DNA of 58,673 nt from Vicinamibacterales bacterium. Its GTDB lineage: Bacteria > Acidobacteriota > Vicinamibacteria > Vicinamibacterales > UBA2999. Positions within the stretch are counted from its first letter, which is position 1; each line of letters begins with the position of its first letter. Shown piece after piece: positions 43,305-53,695 of the stretch. Made by a program: the position numbers and the translations under genes. The notes under the pieces are model-generated. The model was not told the DNA's origin. It was given only the letters and a program-made list of their open reading frames with translations, and did not search any database. The stretch is taken from contig DASTDQ010000142.1 of the NCBI GenBank assembly GCA_035710305.1, forward strand, positions 1 to 58,673, given 5' to 3'.

Positions 43305-43957
43305 TACCGCATCCTCGCCAGATCGAGCGCCGCGCGAGCGAGCTCGGTCTTTCCCTTTTCCTCGCTGACGACGACGTTGTAGCGCCCTTTCGGGTCGAGC
43401 CTGGTGCCGTCGAACGCCACGATGAGCGTGCCGCCGAGCACTGGTTGCCCTCCGCCGATAGCTGCTCCGGCATTCGGCGCGGGGAACTGTGGGCCTGACG
43501 AATCGAGGCGCGGCCCGAAGCGCGGGTATGGATCCAGGCGCCTGGGAGTGACGCGCGCGCCTCCCGGCGCGACCATCTCCACCCGGTACGCCGGCACGCC
43601 GACGAACGTGTTCTGGGGATGGAAGGTCAGCTCGACCATCAGGTCGATCTGGTCCGGCGCTCCGCGGAGAACGTCGAGTGCCTCCCGCTGCCCGAATTGC
43701 GATCCCCCCCTGCGTGCGTTCGCTTCAGCCGCGAGTTCCACGCGGTGGAACGGCGTGATCACGTCGATCCAATCGACCGGTGGCTGCGACACCCGTAGTC
43801 GATAGGGCTCGTGAAACCTGGTGCGTTCTGATTCGATCCGGGATTGGCCGACGTAGAGAGCTTCTTCAATGGCCCGCCGATCGAGCTTCAGCTGAAGCGC
43901 GCTCGCAGTCATGCACGCGAACACCAACCAGCAGAGCGCCGTTGCGAGCTTGGTCAT
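43304..43957 (-). CDS. Hypothetical secreted protein
   Basis: Signal peptide and coding-like composition. No motif recognised. Confidence 0.55.
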   Translation of the reverse strand: MTKLATALCWLVFACMTASALQLKLDRRAIEEALYVGQSRIESERTRFHEPYRLRVSQPPVDWIDVITPFHRVELAAEANARRGGSQFGQREALDVLRGAPDQIDLMVELTFHPQNTFVGVPAYRVEMVAPGGARVTPRRLDPYPRFGPRLDSSGPQFPAPNAGAAIGGGQPVLGGTLIVAFDGTRLDPKGRYNVVVSEEKGKTELARAALDLARMR

Positions 43958-44004
43958 CTCGACGCATCGTAGCAGAGAGGCCGCGGGGTCGTTAGTATTG
44001 GGCC

Positions 44005-44745
44005 ATGGAACTCGACAAGAAGGTGGCCCTGATCACCGGCGGCCGGCGGATTGGGGCGGTCGTGGCCACCGAGCTTGCGCGGCGGGGCGCCGACCTTGCG
44101 CTCGTGTACCGCAAGTCCCGTGCAGAAGCCGAGGAGACCGCCAGCGCCATCCGTGCGATGGGGCGGCGATCGGTGGTGCTGCAAGCTGACGTCCGCGAGC
44201 CCGAAGCCTGTCGTCAGGCCGTCGATGCCGCGGTCGATCGCCTCGGACGCCTCGACGTGCTCGTCAACATGGCGTCGCGATACAAGGCCGTACCCTTCGA
44301 CGAGCTGACCGTCCAGGACTGGGACGATCAGCTCGATGTGGATCTTCGCGCCGCCTGGCTGTGCGCGAAAGCGGCAGCGCCTCACATGAGACGTTTGCGC
44401 GGCGGCCGAATCATCAACGTCGCCGACTGGACCGCGAGAAGCGGCCGGCCGAGGTACCACGGCTACCTTCCCTACTACGTCGCCAAGGCCGGCGTCACGG
44501 CGCTGACCGAAGCGCTCGCCCTGGAGCTTGCCTCGGATCAGATCCTGGTGAACGCGATTGCGCCCGGGCCCATCGTCGCGCCGGAAGGCATCTCCGACGA
44601 CGAGTTCGCGGCGGTGGAACGGGCCACGCCCCTCGGACGATGGGGCGGCGAGACGGAGATCGCCAAGATGGTGCTCGCGTGCATCGACAGCGACTTCGTT
44701 ACCGGCGAAACCATCCGCGTGGACGGCGGCCGGCACCTTAAGTAG
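44005..44745 (+). CDS. Short-chain dehydrogenase/reductase (SDR)
   Basis: Rossmann-fold motif TGGRRIG and catalytic YxxxK (YYVAK). Confidence 0.85.
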   Translation: MELDKKVALITGGRRIGAVVATELARRGADLALVYRKSRAEAEETASAIRAMGRRSVVLQADVREPEACRQAVDAAVDRLGRLDVLVNMASRYKAVPFDELTVQDWDDQLDVDLRAAWLCAKAAAPHMRRLRGGRIINVADWTARSGRPRYHGYLPYYVAKAGVTALTEALALELASDQILVNAIAPGPIVAPEGISDDEFAAVERATPLGRWGGETEIAKMVLACIDSDFVTGETIRVDGGRHLK

Positions 44746-45586
44746 CGCCGGCTCGCTCGAGGATGGCCGACAGCGTGCCGGACGCGTCGTGCATGGGCAG
44801 GTTGCAGATGCAGAAGTGCCGTACCCCCAGCGACCTCAATGCACGCAGGGTCCGTGCGCAGATGTCGACGGGCGTGGCGCCGGACGAGAACTCGCGCGCG
44901 AGGCCCTCGGCAGGAACCGGCATGAAGCGGCTCAGCGCCGCGATCGTCTTCGGGTTTGCGCTTCGGTAATAGAACACGCTGAACATCCCAGGCCGCGAGA
45001 CGCCACGGCGCTCGACCTCGCTCAGGAACCGGGTGACCGGCTCGAGCGCGAGATGGCTGACGACCTGCGTGAGATAGAACTCGGCGCAGAAACGGGCGTC
45101 GAGGAGGAAGTCGACCTGTTTCGCCGGCGAGGCGTGCGGATTGGCCCACCCGCCGAGCGACAACTTCGGCTCGCGCGCGCGGATCAGCGCCCGCAGATCC
45201 CACGCGTGCTCGACGCATCGCGGTCGGCCCACCGAGGTGTCGCCGCCGAGCACGACCAGCGAGGTGAACCCCTGCTGCCAGGCCTGCTCCGCGTACGAGA
45301 GGCAGAACTCCAGGGAATGCTTGCACGTCAGGAACGGGTTCACGAGCTCCCTCGGCAGCTCCCGGCCGAGGTTGGCGCTGACGTGACGGAGGTTGTTCTC
45401 TTCCTGCGTCCCGACCGCGCTGTCGGTGAGAAACACCGGAACGCGAAGCCGCGCCAGACGGCGGATCTCGTGGTAGGTGTCGATCCACGCGTCCATGCCT
45501 TCCGCCGAGCCGAGCTCCGCCCGGGGCGGCCGCAGCTCCACGGCGATCACGGCGGCATCGCCCCGGAGGGCGTCGGCCAGCATCAA
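44738..45586 (-). CDS. Methylenetetrahydrofolate-reductase-like TIM-barrel protein
   Basis: Weak by-eye resemblance to the MetF family (VELRPP..., VVLGGD). Coding-like composition. Confidence 0.45.
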   Translation of the reverse strand: MMLADALRGDAAVIAVELRPPRAELGSAEGMDAWIDTYHEIRRLARLRVPVFLTDSAVGTQEENNLRHVSANLGRELPRELVNPFLTCKHSLEFCLSYAEQAWQQGFTSLVVLGGDTSVGRPRCVEHAWDLRALIRAREPKLSLGGWANPHASPAKQVDFLLDARFCAEFYLTQVVSHLALEPVTRFLSEVERRGVSRPGMFSVFYYRSANPKTIAALSRFMPVPAEGLAREFSSGATPVDICARTLRALRSLGVRHFCICNLPMHDASGTLSAILERAGAT

Positions 45587-45706
45587 CCTACGGTGACGGT
45601 GACTCGCTCAGGCTGGACGCACGCATCACGAAATCGAACATAGTGGGGCCGAGCGTCGATACGCTCCACCAGTCATGTTGCACAGAGTACACCGGGCAGT
45701 GCGTCT

Positions 45707-47116
45707 GTGCGCCAATCCTTGATATCGTCGTCTTACGACGTGGCCACGCTCACATTCCTTGGTGCGGCACGCACCGTTACCGGCTCCAAGTACCTGCTCG
45801 AGCACGCGGGGAAACGGGTGCTGTTCGATTGCGGACTGTTCCAGGGCCTCAAGGAACTGCGGCTTCGTAACTGGGCTGACTTTCCTGTTCCCCCCGGCTC
45901 GCTCGATGCGGTCGTACTCACGCACGCGCATCTGGACCACGTGGGCTCTCTGCCGAGGCTGACCGCCCACGGCTACAAGGGGCGCGTGTTCTGCACTCCC
46001 GGCACCAAGGATCTCTGTCAGCTCGTGCTGCCGGACGCCGGTCGAATACAGGAAGAGGACGCGCGTCAGGCGAACAAGCACGGTTACTCGAAGCACGATC
46101 CGGCGCTGCCCCTGTTCACGGAAAGCGACGCCTTGAGGGCGCTGACCCTGCTTCAGCCGCTCGGCTACGAACGAGCCATCGAGGTCGCGCCGGGAATCTC
46201 GATCGAGTTTCATCCGGCGGGCCACCTGCTTGGCTCGGCTTTCGTGATCGTCCGGCTCGCCAAGGGTCCGACAGTGCTCTTCGGCGGAGACCTCGGCCGC
46301 TACGACCGGCCGATCCTGCCCGATCCCTCACCGGCCATGAACGCCGACGTGGTCCTCGTGGAGTCCACCTACGGCGACCGGGATCACCGGGCGGACGATT
46401 CGGGCGAGCAGCTGGCCGAAACCATACGCGATACCGCGGCGCGGGGCGGGAAGCTCGTGATCCCGTCGTTTGCCATCGGCCGCGTGGAGGAGTTGCTGTA
46501 CTGGGTACGGCGACTCGAGGTCGAGCGGCGCATTCCGGTGCTGCCGGTCCATGTGGACAGCCCGATGGCCGCCGAGGCGCTGAGGTACTACTCGATGCGG
46601 GTGTCTGAGCTCGATCCCGAGCTGCGGCCGACCCACGGGCCCGTGTACGCATTTGCCACCACGCGGTTCCACGTCGTCGCCTCCACGCAGCAATCAAAAG
46701 AGCTGACGGCCAGCCGCGCGAGCGCCATCGTCATCTCGTCGAGCGGGATGGCCACGGGCGGCCGCGTCCTGCACCACCTGGAGGCGACGCTGCCAGACGA
46801 AAAGAACACGGCATTGTTCGTCGGGTTCCAGGCCGCGGGCACCAGAGGGCGAAGGCTGGTGGACGGAGAGCGCGAGATCCGGATTCACGGCCGCGACGTT
46901 CCCGTGCGTGCGCGCATTGCCCGAGTCGATTCGATGTCCGCCCATGCCGACCGCGGCGAGATTCTCCGGTGGCTCCAGACGATGCCTTCCGCGCCGGGCC
47001 GGCTCTGCCTGGTCCACGGCGAACCCGCGCCGATGGCCGCGCTCAAGGGGACCATTCGCGAGAAGCTCGGGTGGGCCGCGCACTCACCAGCGCATGGAGA
47101 AACCCTTGAGCTCTGA
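45707..47116 (+). CDS. MBL-fold beta-CASP hydrolase (RNA-metabolising metallo-beta-lactamase)
   Basis: THAHLDHVGSLP motif, beta-CASP region and a C-terminal MSAHAD motif. Confidence 0.85.
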   Translation: MRQSLISSSYDVATLTFLGAARTVTGSKYLLEHAGKRVLFDCGLFQGLKELRLRNWADFPVPPGSLDAVVLTHAHLDHVGSLPRLTAHGYKGRVFCTPGTKDLCQLVLPDAGRIQEEDARQANKHGYSKHDPALPLFTESDALRALTLLQPLGYERAIEVAPGISIEFHPAGHLLGSAFVIVRLAKGPTVLFGGDLGRYDRPILPDPSPAMNADVVLVESTYGDRDHRADDSGEQLAETIRDTAARGGKLVIPSFAIGRVEELLYWVRRLEVERRIPVLPVHVDSPMAAEALRYYSMRVSELDPELRPTHGPVYAFATTRFHVVASTQQSKELTASRASAIVISSSGMATGGRVLHHLEATLPDEKNTALFVGFQAAGTRGRRLVDGEREIRIHGRDVPVRARIARVDSMSAHADRGEILRWLQTMPSAPGRLCLVHGEPAPMAALKGTIREKLGWAAHSPAHGETLEL

Positions 47117-49070
47117 GGCGCGCACCCACCTCCTCGAATGCGTCGATGACGCCGCGGTGGTGCAGTTGTACGCGGACGGATTTGCCGACCTGACGCTGCC
47201 GGAAAAGACCTTCGTCTGGCACCTGTACCTCGCCGCACTGGCCGGGCGCGACATCTACTACGACCAGCGCTACGCTCACAGCCTCGACATGCGCCGCGTG
47301 CTCGAGGGGATCCTGACGCACGGGCAGGACGTCGAGCCCCGCGTGCTCGGCGAGGTCCGCCGATACGCGAAGCTGTTCTGGATCAACAGCGGGCCGCACA
47401 ACAACCTGACGGCGCGCAAGTTCGTCCTGTCGATCACGGCCGAGGAATTGCTCGAGGCCGCCAGGTCGGCCAGCCTCGCCGGCGCGAGGTTGTCCGCGAG
47501 AGCCGACGAACCGGTTGACGCGCTCATCGAGCGTCTTGCGCCGTTGTTCCTCGACGACTCGGTCGATCCGTTCGTCACGAGCAAGTCACCCGGTGAGGGG
47601 CGCGACATGCTGCAGGCGAGCTCGAACAACCTCTACTCTGGGGTGAGCGTCCGCGACCTCGATTCCTTCGAGGAGCGCTATCCGTTGAACTCCCGTCTCA
47701 AGGGCGAGAACGGCCGACTCGTCGAAGAGGTCTACAGAGTGGGCGGACGCTATGACCGGGAGATCCGACGGATCATCGGTCACCTGCGGGACGCGATTCC
47801 ATTTGCCACGCCGCCGGCCGCCGAGTCTCTGCGGGCGCTCATCCGCTTCTACGAGACCGGGGAGGAGGCGGACAGAATCGCCTACGACATCGCCTGGGTC
47901 GGCGACAGCGAATCACCCGTGGACACCATCAACGGCTTCGTCGAAGTCTACCTGGACCCGCGAGGCGCGAAGGGCGCGTGGGAGGGCATCGTCTGCTACG
48001 TTCACGCGGCCAAGACACGCGCGCTGCAGACGTTGGCCGTGCACGCGCAATGGTTCGAGGATCACATGCCGTGGGACGCGAGGTTCCGCAAGATCGACGT
48101 CAAGGGCATCACGGTGCGAGCCATCGAGGTGGTCGTCGAGACGGGAGATTCCGGGCCCGTGTCGCCCGTCGGCATCAACCTGCCGAACGACCAGGCGATT
48201 CGCGAGCGGCACGGGAGCAAGTCGATGTCGCTGACCAATGTCAGCGACGCCTACGAGCGCTCGACTCCCGACGACATGAGAACGGAATTCGCCTGGAGCC
48301 CGGACGAGGCCGACCGCAGCCGGCGTTGGGGCGGCTTCGTGCAGGAGCTCACGACGGCCATGCACGAGGTGATCGGGCACGGATCCGGGCGGATGGCGCC
48401 GGGAGTTGCCGACTCGCCGTCCCGTCTGCTCGCGGAGCAGTACTCGGCAATCGAGGAGGCGCGCGCGGATCTCGTCGCCTTGTACTTCCTTCCCGATGCG
48501 AAGCTCGTGACGCTCGGGCTCGTGCCCGCCGGGGAGCAGGACGACATTGTGAAGGCGGAATACGAACACTACGTCCGCAACGCGCTGGTGCAGCTTCGAC
48601 GCGTGCGCGAGGGGACGAAGCTGGAAGAGGACCACATGCGCAGCCGCCAGATGATCGTGAACTGGCTGCGCGCACATACCACCTCGGTCGACGTACGTCG
48701 GCGAGACGGCAACACGTACTTCGTGATGACCGATCGAGCGGCGTTTCGCGAGGGCGTCGGGCGTCTGCTCGCCGAGGTACAGCGCATCAAGAGCGAAGGG
48801 GACCTTGCCGCCGCACGAGGGCTGTTCGAGACCTATGGCGTCCACTTCGACCCGGCTCTGCGGGACGAAGTGGTGACACGCGTCGATCGCCTGAGGCTTC
48901 CGTCGTACACCGGGTTCGTCATGCCGAGGCTGCACGCGCGGTGGAACGAGGCCGGAGCGATCGTGGACGTCGAGATGTCCTACCCGTGCGACCTCGAGGC
49001 GCAGATGCTCGAGTACTCTGCCTTCTCGCGCCACGACGATGTTCTCCAAGCGCTTTCCTCGTCACGCTGA
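47094..49070 (+). CDS. M49-family peptidase (dipeptidyl-peptidase III-like)
   Basis: HEVIGHGSG and EEARADL correspond to the M49 HExxGH / EExRAE zinc motifs. The ATG at 47094 was verified and overlaps the upstream gene by 23 nt. Confidence 0.75.
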   Translation: MEKPLSSEARTHLLECVDDAAVVQLYADGFADLTLPEKTFVWHLYLAALAGRDIYYDQRYAHSLDMRRVLEGILTHGQDVEPRVLGEVRRYAKLFWINSGPHNNLTARKFVLSITAEELLEAARSASLAGARLSARADEPVDALIERLAPLFLDDSVDPFVTSKSPGEGRDMLQASSNNLYSGVSVRDLDSFEERYPLNSRLKGENGRLVEEVYRVGGRYDREIRRIIGHLRDAIPFATPPAAESLRALIRFYETGEEADRIAYDIAWVGDSESPVDTINGFVEVYLDPRGAKGAWEGIVCYVHAAKTRALQTLAVHAQWFEDHMPWDARFRKIDVKGITVRAIEVVVETGDSGPVSPVGINLPNDQAIRERHGSKSMSLTNVSDAYERSTPDDMRTEFAWSPDEADRSRRWGGFVQELTTAMHEVIGHGSGRMAPGVADSPSRLLAEQYSAIEEARADLVALYFLPDAKLVTLGLVPAGEQDDIVKAEYEHYVRNALVQLRRVREGTKLEEDHMRSRQMIVNWLRAHTTSVDVRRRDGNTYFVMTDRAAFREGVGRLLAEVQRIKSEGDLAAARGLFETYGVHFDPALRDEVVTRVDRLRLPSYTGFVMPRLHARWNEAGAIVDVEMSYPCDLEAQMLEYSAFSRHDDVLQALSSSR

Positions 49071-50217
49071 GATCAACGAGCTGACTCGGACCCTGCAGAG
49101 GCTGCGGGCCGAGGGCGCGTCGATCACGGACCTGACTGACTCGAACCCGACCCGGGTTGGAGTCACGTATCCGGACGACCTGCTGGACGACCTGTCGAGC
49201 GAAGCCGCGCGTCGCTACGAACCGCATTCCCTCGGGCTGCGGTCCGCGCGCGAGGCAGTCGCGGCGGACTACGGTCGCCGCGGGGCCCGTGTCGATCCAG
49301 ATCACGTCGTGCTGTCGGCCAGCACGAGCGAGGCATACAGCTGGATCTTCAAGCTGCTGTGCGATCCGGGCCAGGCCGTCCTCGTGCCGGAGCCGAGCTA
49401 CCCGCTGTTCGAGCACCTGACGGGCGCCGAGGGGGTGAAGGCCGTCGCCTACCAGCTTCGTTATCACGGACGCTGGGAGATCGACATCGACTCGCTTGCC
49501 GCTGCCCCGTCGGATACGCGAGCCGTGCTCCTCGTCTCACCGAACAATCCCACTGGATCGTTCGTGTCCAGGCTGGAGGCCAATCGCATGGCCGCGCTCT
49601 GCCGCGAGCGCGGATGGGCAATCGTGGCCGACGAAGTGTTCGCGGACTACGCGCTGGACGAAGCGGCGGCCGTCACGGAATGCGCGATGAACCTCGGGGT
49701 GCTGTCGCTGACCCTCGGCGGCGCGTCGAAGACGCTCGGCCTGCCGCAGGTGAAGCTCGCATGGATGGTCGTTGACGGCCCGCCAGCCGATCGCGACCGG
49801 GCGCTCGGCGCGCTCGAGCTCATCGCGGACATGTACTTGTCGGTCAGCACGCCCGTGCAGGTTGCCGCGCCGTCGCTGCTCGCGCGGGGCGAGGCGATCA
49901 GGCGGCAGATACGAGCGCGCGTTGCCGCCAATCTGGCGCGGGCGCGGCAGCTGATACCGCGCTACCCGGCGTGTACGCCGCTGCCGGTGGAAGGCGGATG
50001 GTCGCTCGTGGTTCGCGTCCCGTCGACGCGCTCCGAGGAGGCGCTCGTGCTGGACCTGCTCGAGCGCGAACGCATCCTCGTCCACCCCGGCTACTTCTTC
50101 GACTTCCCTCACGAGGCATTCATTGTCGTCAGCCTGCTGCCTCCGGAGGAGGTCTTTGCCGACGCGCTGGATCGCGCTCTGTGCGTCGCCACCAGCGTCG
50201 GGGGCGGCCGGCCGTGA
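49039..50217 (+). CDS. Class I/II PLP-dependent aminotransferase
   Basis: Motifs SPNNPTG and GGASKTLGLPQVKLAW. Confidence 0.8.
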   Translation: MFSKRFPRHAEINELTRTLQRLRAEGASITDLTDSNPTRVGVTYPDDLLDDLSSEAARRYEPHSLGLRSAREAVAADYGRRGARVDPDHVVLSASTSEAYSWIFKLLCDPGQAVLVPEPSYPLFEHLTGAEGVKAVAYQLRYHGRWEIDIDSLAAAPSDTRAVLLVSPNNPTGSFVSRLEANRMAALCRERGWAIVADEVFADYALDEAAAVTECAMNLGVLSLTLGGASKTLGLPQVKLAWMVVDGPPADRDRALGALELIADMYLSVSTPVQVAAPSLLARGEAIRRQIRARVAANLARARQLIPRYPACTPLPVEGGWSLVVRVPSTRSEEALVLDLLERERILVHPGYFFDFPHEAFIVVSLLPPEEVFADALDRALCVATSVGGGRP

Positions 50218-51806
50218 ATCCGCCAGGCCCGCGCCGTGCTGGCATCCTCGTGCCGCTGTTCTCGATCCCGTCCGGAAGAAGCTGGGGCATCGGCGAGATC
50301 GGGGACCTCGAACGGCTGGTCTCGTGGCTCGCTTCGGCCGGCCAACGTGTGCTGCAGCTGCTGCCGATCACCGAGGTATCTCCCGGCGACGCGTCCCCGT
50401 ACGGGTCGCTCAGTGCAATGGCAATCGACCCGCAATACATCACGCTCGATGCGCTGGAGGACTTCGCCGCGACGGGAGGTGAAGGCGCACTCGCCCCCGA
50501 GGAGCGCGTGGCGTTGGACCGGGCACGCGCGGCGCCGGCGATCGACCATCGCCTCGTCCGGGATCTGAAACAGGCGGCGCTGCGCCGGGCCTTTGCGCAT
50601 TTCGTGTCGAGGGAGTGGGCGGGTGGAACAGCCAAGGCCGCCGCCCTGCGCGCGTTCACCGCTGAACAGGCGTGGTGGCTCGAGGACTACGCGCTCTTCC
50701 GCGCGCTGCACGCACGCCATGACGAAAGGCCCTGGATGGAGTGGCCGGAGCCGATCCGGTCGCGACAGCCGCACGTGATCGAGATCGAGCACCTTGCGCT
50801 CGGCAAAGAGATCCTGTTTCGTCAGTACCTGCAGTGGGTGGCGGGGGAGCAGTGGGCCCACGCACGTGCGCACGCCAGGGCCTGCGGCGTCGCCATCTTC
50901 GGCGACCTCCCTTTCGTCGTCAGCGCGGACAGCGCGGACGTGTGGGCGCGGCAGGACGAGTTCCTGCTCGAGGAATCAGTTGGCGCGCCGCCGGACGCCT
51001 TCAGCGAAACCGGACAGGACTGGAGCCTTCCTCCGTACCGGTGGGAGGTCGTGACGGCACGCGACTTTTCCTGGCTGCGGGAGCGCGTCAGGCGCTTTGC
51101 CAACCTGTTCGACGGCTGCAGGGTCGATCACGTCGTGGGCTTTTATCGAACCTTCGTGCGTCCGCCAGGCGGCGGGGCCGGCCGGTTCAGTCCAGCCGAC
51201 GAGGCCTCACAGTTGTCGCTCGGCGAACGCGCGCTCGCCGCGCTCACGTCGGCGCCGATGCAGATCGTGGCGGAGGACCTCGGAACCGTGCCCGACTTCG
51301 TCCGTGAGTCGCTGGCACGGCTGTCGATTCCGGGCTGCAAGGTGTTCCGCTGGGAGCGCCGGTGGAACGAACCCGGGCAGCCATTCAAGGACCCCATCGA
51401 GTACCCCGCCGCGGCCATGGCGACGTCCGGGACCCACGACACCGAGTCGATGGCGGTGTGGTGGGAACAGGCGCCCGTCGAGGAACGGCGAGCCGTGCTG
51501 GCGATTCCTTCGGTCAGGGCCCGGATGTCCGAAGACGATCGGGCGAGGGCCGTTGACGCGTCCGCCCTGTCGCCGGCGACGCGCGCGATCCTGCTCGAAA
51601 TCCTCTTTGCTTCCCGCTCGACGCTCCTGATCCTGCCGATCCAGGATGTGTTCGGCTGGTCTGACAGGATCAACAGGCCCGGCACCATCGGGGATCACAA
51701 CTGGACGTGGCGGCTGCCGTGGCCGAGCGACCGGATGTCCGCCCAACCCGAGGCGGCGGCCGCTGCGGACCAACTACGGGAGTGGTCGAGGCGCTACGAA
51801 CGCTGA
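50214..51806 (+). CDS. malQ: 4-alpha-glucanotransferase (amylomaltase)
   Basis: [21 protein letters not shown]-terminus and the CRVDHVVGF catalytic region. The GTG start overlaps the upstream stop (GTGA). Confidence 0.85.
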   Translation: MNPPGPRRAGILVPLFSIPSGRSWGIGEIGDLERLVSWLASAGQRVLQLLPITEVSPGDASPYGSLSAMAIDPQYITLDALEDFAATGGEGALAPEERVALDRARAAPAIDHRLVRDLKQAALRRAFAHFVSREWAGGTAKAAALRAFTAEQAWWLEDYALFRALHARHDERPWMEWPEPIRSRQPHVIEIEHLALGKEILFRQYLQWVAGEQWAHARAHARACGVAIFGDLPFVVSADSADVWARQDEFLLEESVGAPPDAFSETGQDWSLPPYRWEVVTARDFSWLRERVRRFANLFDGCRVDHVVGFYRTFVRPPGGGAGRFSPADEASQLSLGERALAALTSAPMQIVAEDLGTVPDFVRESLARLSIPGCKVFRWERRWNEPGQPFKDPIEYPAAAMATSGTHDTESMAVWWEQAPVEERRAVLAIPSVRARMSEDDRARAVDASALSPATRAILLEILFASRSTLLILPIQDVFGWSDRINRPGTIGDHNWTWRLPWPSDRMSAQPEAAAAADQLREWSRRYER

Positions 51807-53497
51807 CTGATCCTGGCCCAGGTGTCCTTGAGCGTCACCGTCCGGTTGAAGACGGGAGCTCCCGGCGCCGAGTCGGGATCGACGGTGAAGTAACCCTGCC
51901 GTTCGAATTGAAACGTGGCACCTGCGGATGCGCCGGCGAGCATTTCTTCCACCTTGCATCCTGTCAGCACGCGGAGCGAGTCGGGGTTGAGATCGGACAG
52001 TGGGTCCCGCCCACCCTCTCCCGGATCGTCCGATCGAAAGAGGCGATCGTACAGGCGCACTTCGGCATCGGAGGCGTGCGCCGCCGACACCCAGTGGATC
52101 GTTCCCTTGACGCGGCGTGAGGCGGTCTCGCCGTTGAGCGAGCCGCGGTCGATCGTGCATCGAAGCTCGATCGGGACCCCGTCCGCGTCCTTGACGACCT
52201 GTTCGCACTTCAGGATGTACGCATACCTGAGCCGGACCTCGTTGCCCGGCGAGAGGCGGAAGAACTTCTTCGGCGGATTCTCCATGAAGTCTTCGCGCTC
52301 GATGTAGAGCACCCGGGAAAACGGAATCGTCCGGTGACCCGCGGAGGGGTTCTCCGGATTGTTGACGGCATCGACGTACTCGACGTGTCCTTCGGGGACG
52401 TTGTCGATTTCCACGCGGAGGGGCTGCAGAACGGCCAGCGCACGCTGCGCGCGCCGATTGAGATCTTCGCGCACGGTGTGCTCGAGCAGCGCCACGTCGA
52501 TCACGTTCTCCTTCTTGGCCACGCCGATGCGCGTGCAGAAGTCACGAACGGCCTCGGGCGTGTAGCCGCGCCGGCGGATGCCCGCGATGGTCGGCAAGCG
52601 CGGGTCGCTCCAGCCGCGAACGAGCCCCTGCTCGACGAGCGCGAGAAGCTTGCGCTTGCTCATCACCGTGAAGTTGAGGTTCAGGCGTGCGAACTCGATC
52701 TGCTGCGGCCGCGAGCGGAACGCCGCGTCGTGCCTGACGTTCTCGACGACCCAGTCGTAGAGCGGCCGGTGATCCTCGAACTCGAGCGTACACAGCGAGT
52801 GCGTAATGCCTTCGAGCGCATCGGAGAGGGGATGTGCGTAGTCGTAGGTCGGGTAGATGCACCAGGCATCGCCCGTCCGGTGGTGAGGGGCGTGCCTGAT
52901 GCGATACAGCGTCGGGTCGCGCATGTTGATGTTGGGCGACGCCATGTCGATCTTCGCGCGCAGCACGTGGGTACCGTCGGGGAACTCTCCTGCGCGCATG
53001 CGGCGAAAGAGATCCAGGTTCTCCTCGATGCGCCGCGCGCGATACGGGCTGTCTTTGCCCGGAGCGGTCAGCGATCCCCGGTACTCGCGAATCTGGTCGG
53101 CCGAGAGGCTGTCCACGTAGGCCTTCTCGTCCTGAATCAGCTGCTCGGCGTAGAGAAACATCTGCTCGAAGTAGTCCGAGGCGTAGAACATCCTCGAGCT
53201 CCAGTCGAAGCCGAGCCACCGCACGTCGGCCTGGATCGAGTCGACGTACTCCACGTCTTCCTTCGTGGGGTTGGTGTCATCGAAGCGCAGGTTGCAGAGG
53301 CCGCCGAACTCCGCGGCGACGCCGAAGTTGAGGCAGATCGACTTGGCGTGCCCGATGTGCAGGTATCCGTTGGGCTCGGGCGGGAACCGCGTGTGGACAC
53401 GGCTGGCGTGACGGCCCGCTCGAAGATCCTCGGCGATGATGTCGCGAATGAAGTCCTGGGAGCGTGCAGGGTCCACAGCTGTCGGCGGTTCGGGCAT
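51794..53497 (-). CDS. glnS: Glutamine--tRNA ligase
   Basis: [18 protein letters not shown] (HIGH) and VMSKRKL (KMSKS), with a GlnRS-type C-terminal anticodon-binding region. Confidence 0.95.
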   Translation of the reverse strand: MPEPPTAVDPARSQDFIRDIIAEDLRAGRHASRVHTRFPPEPNGYLHIGHAKSICLNFGVAAEFGGLCNLRFDDTNPTKEDVEYVDSIQADVRWLGFDWSSRMFYASDYFEQMFLYAEQLIQDEKAYVDSLSADQIREYRGSLTAPGKDSPYRARRIEENLDLFRRMRAGEFPDGTHVLRAKIDMASPNINMRDPTLYRIRHAPHHRTGDAWCIYPTYDYAHPLSDALEGITHSLCTLEFEDHRPLYDWVVENVRHDAAFRSRPQQIEFARLNLNFTVMSKRKLLALVEQGLVRGWSDPRLPTIAGIRRRGYTPEAVRDFCTRIGVAKKENVIDVALLEHTVREDLNRRAQRALAVLQPLRVEIDNVPEGHVEYVDAVNNPENPSAGHRTIPFSRVLYIEREDFMENPPKKFFRLSPGNEVRLRYAYILKCEQVVKDADGVPIELRCTIDRGSLNGETASRRVKGTIHWVSAAHASDAEVRLYDRLFRSDDPGEGGRDPLSDLNPDSLRVLTGCKVEEMLAGASAGATFQFERQGYFTVDPDSAPGAPVFNRTVTLKDTWARISQRS

Positions 53498-53512
53498 CTG
53501 GGAAGAACGATT

Positions 53513-53540
53513 CTACCGGCTACCGGCTACCGGCGACCAG
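53513..53540. repeat. Heptamer microsatellite (CTACCGG)x3 plus one degenerate unit
   Basis: Read directly. Lies 16 nt upstream of the glnS start codon on the opposite strand and abuts MITE-like copy B. Confidence 0.85.
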
Positions 53541-53695
53541 CTAGTGGAGCGTATCAGCGAAACGTAAAGCGGGCCGCCCGTTGGCTCCCACCCCAGCGCG
53601 CAAACAACGCGCGCCGGGGACCCCGGGTTGGCCCGCGAAATCGGCGTCGAAGGGCTGTCCGAGTCGCTACAGGTTCAGTTGATACAGTCCACTAG
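53541..53695. mobile_element. CTAG-bounded MITE-like repeat, copy B, with terminal inverted repeats
   Basis: The left end is CTAGTGGAGCGTATCAGCG. The right end, reverse-complemented, is CTAGTGGACTGTATCAACTG (16 of 19 aligned positions match). Internal nested inverted repeats include GCGGGCC / GGCCCGC. The right CTAG contains the rmuC TAG stop. Confidence 0.65.
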
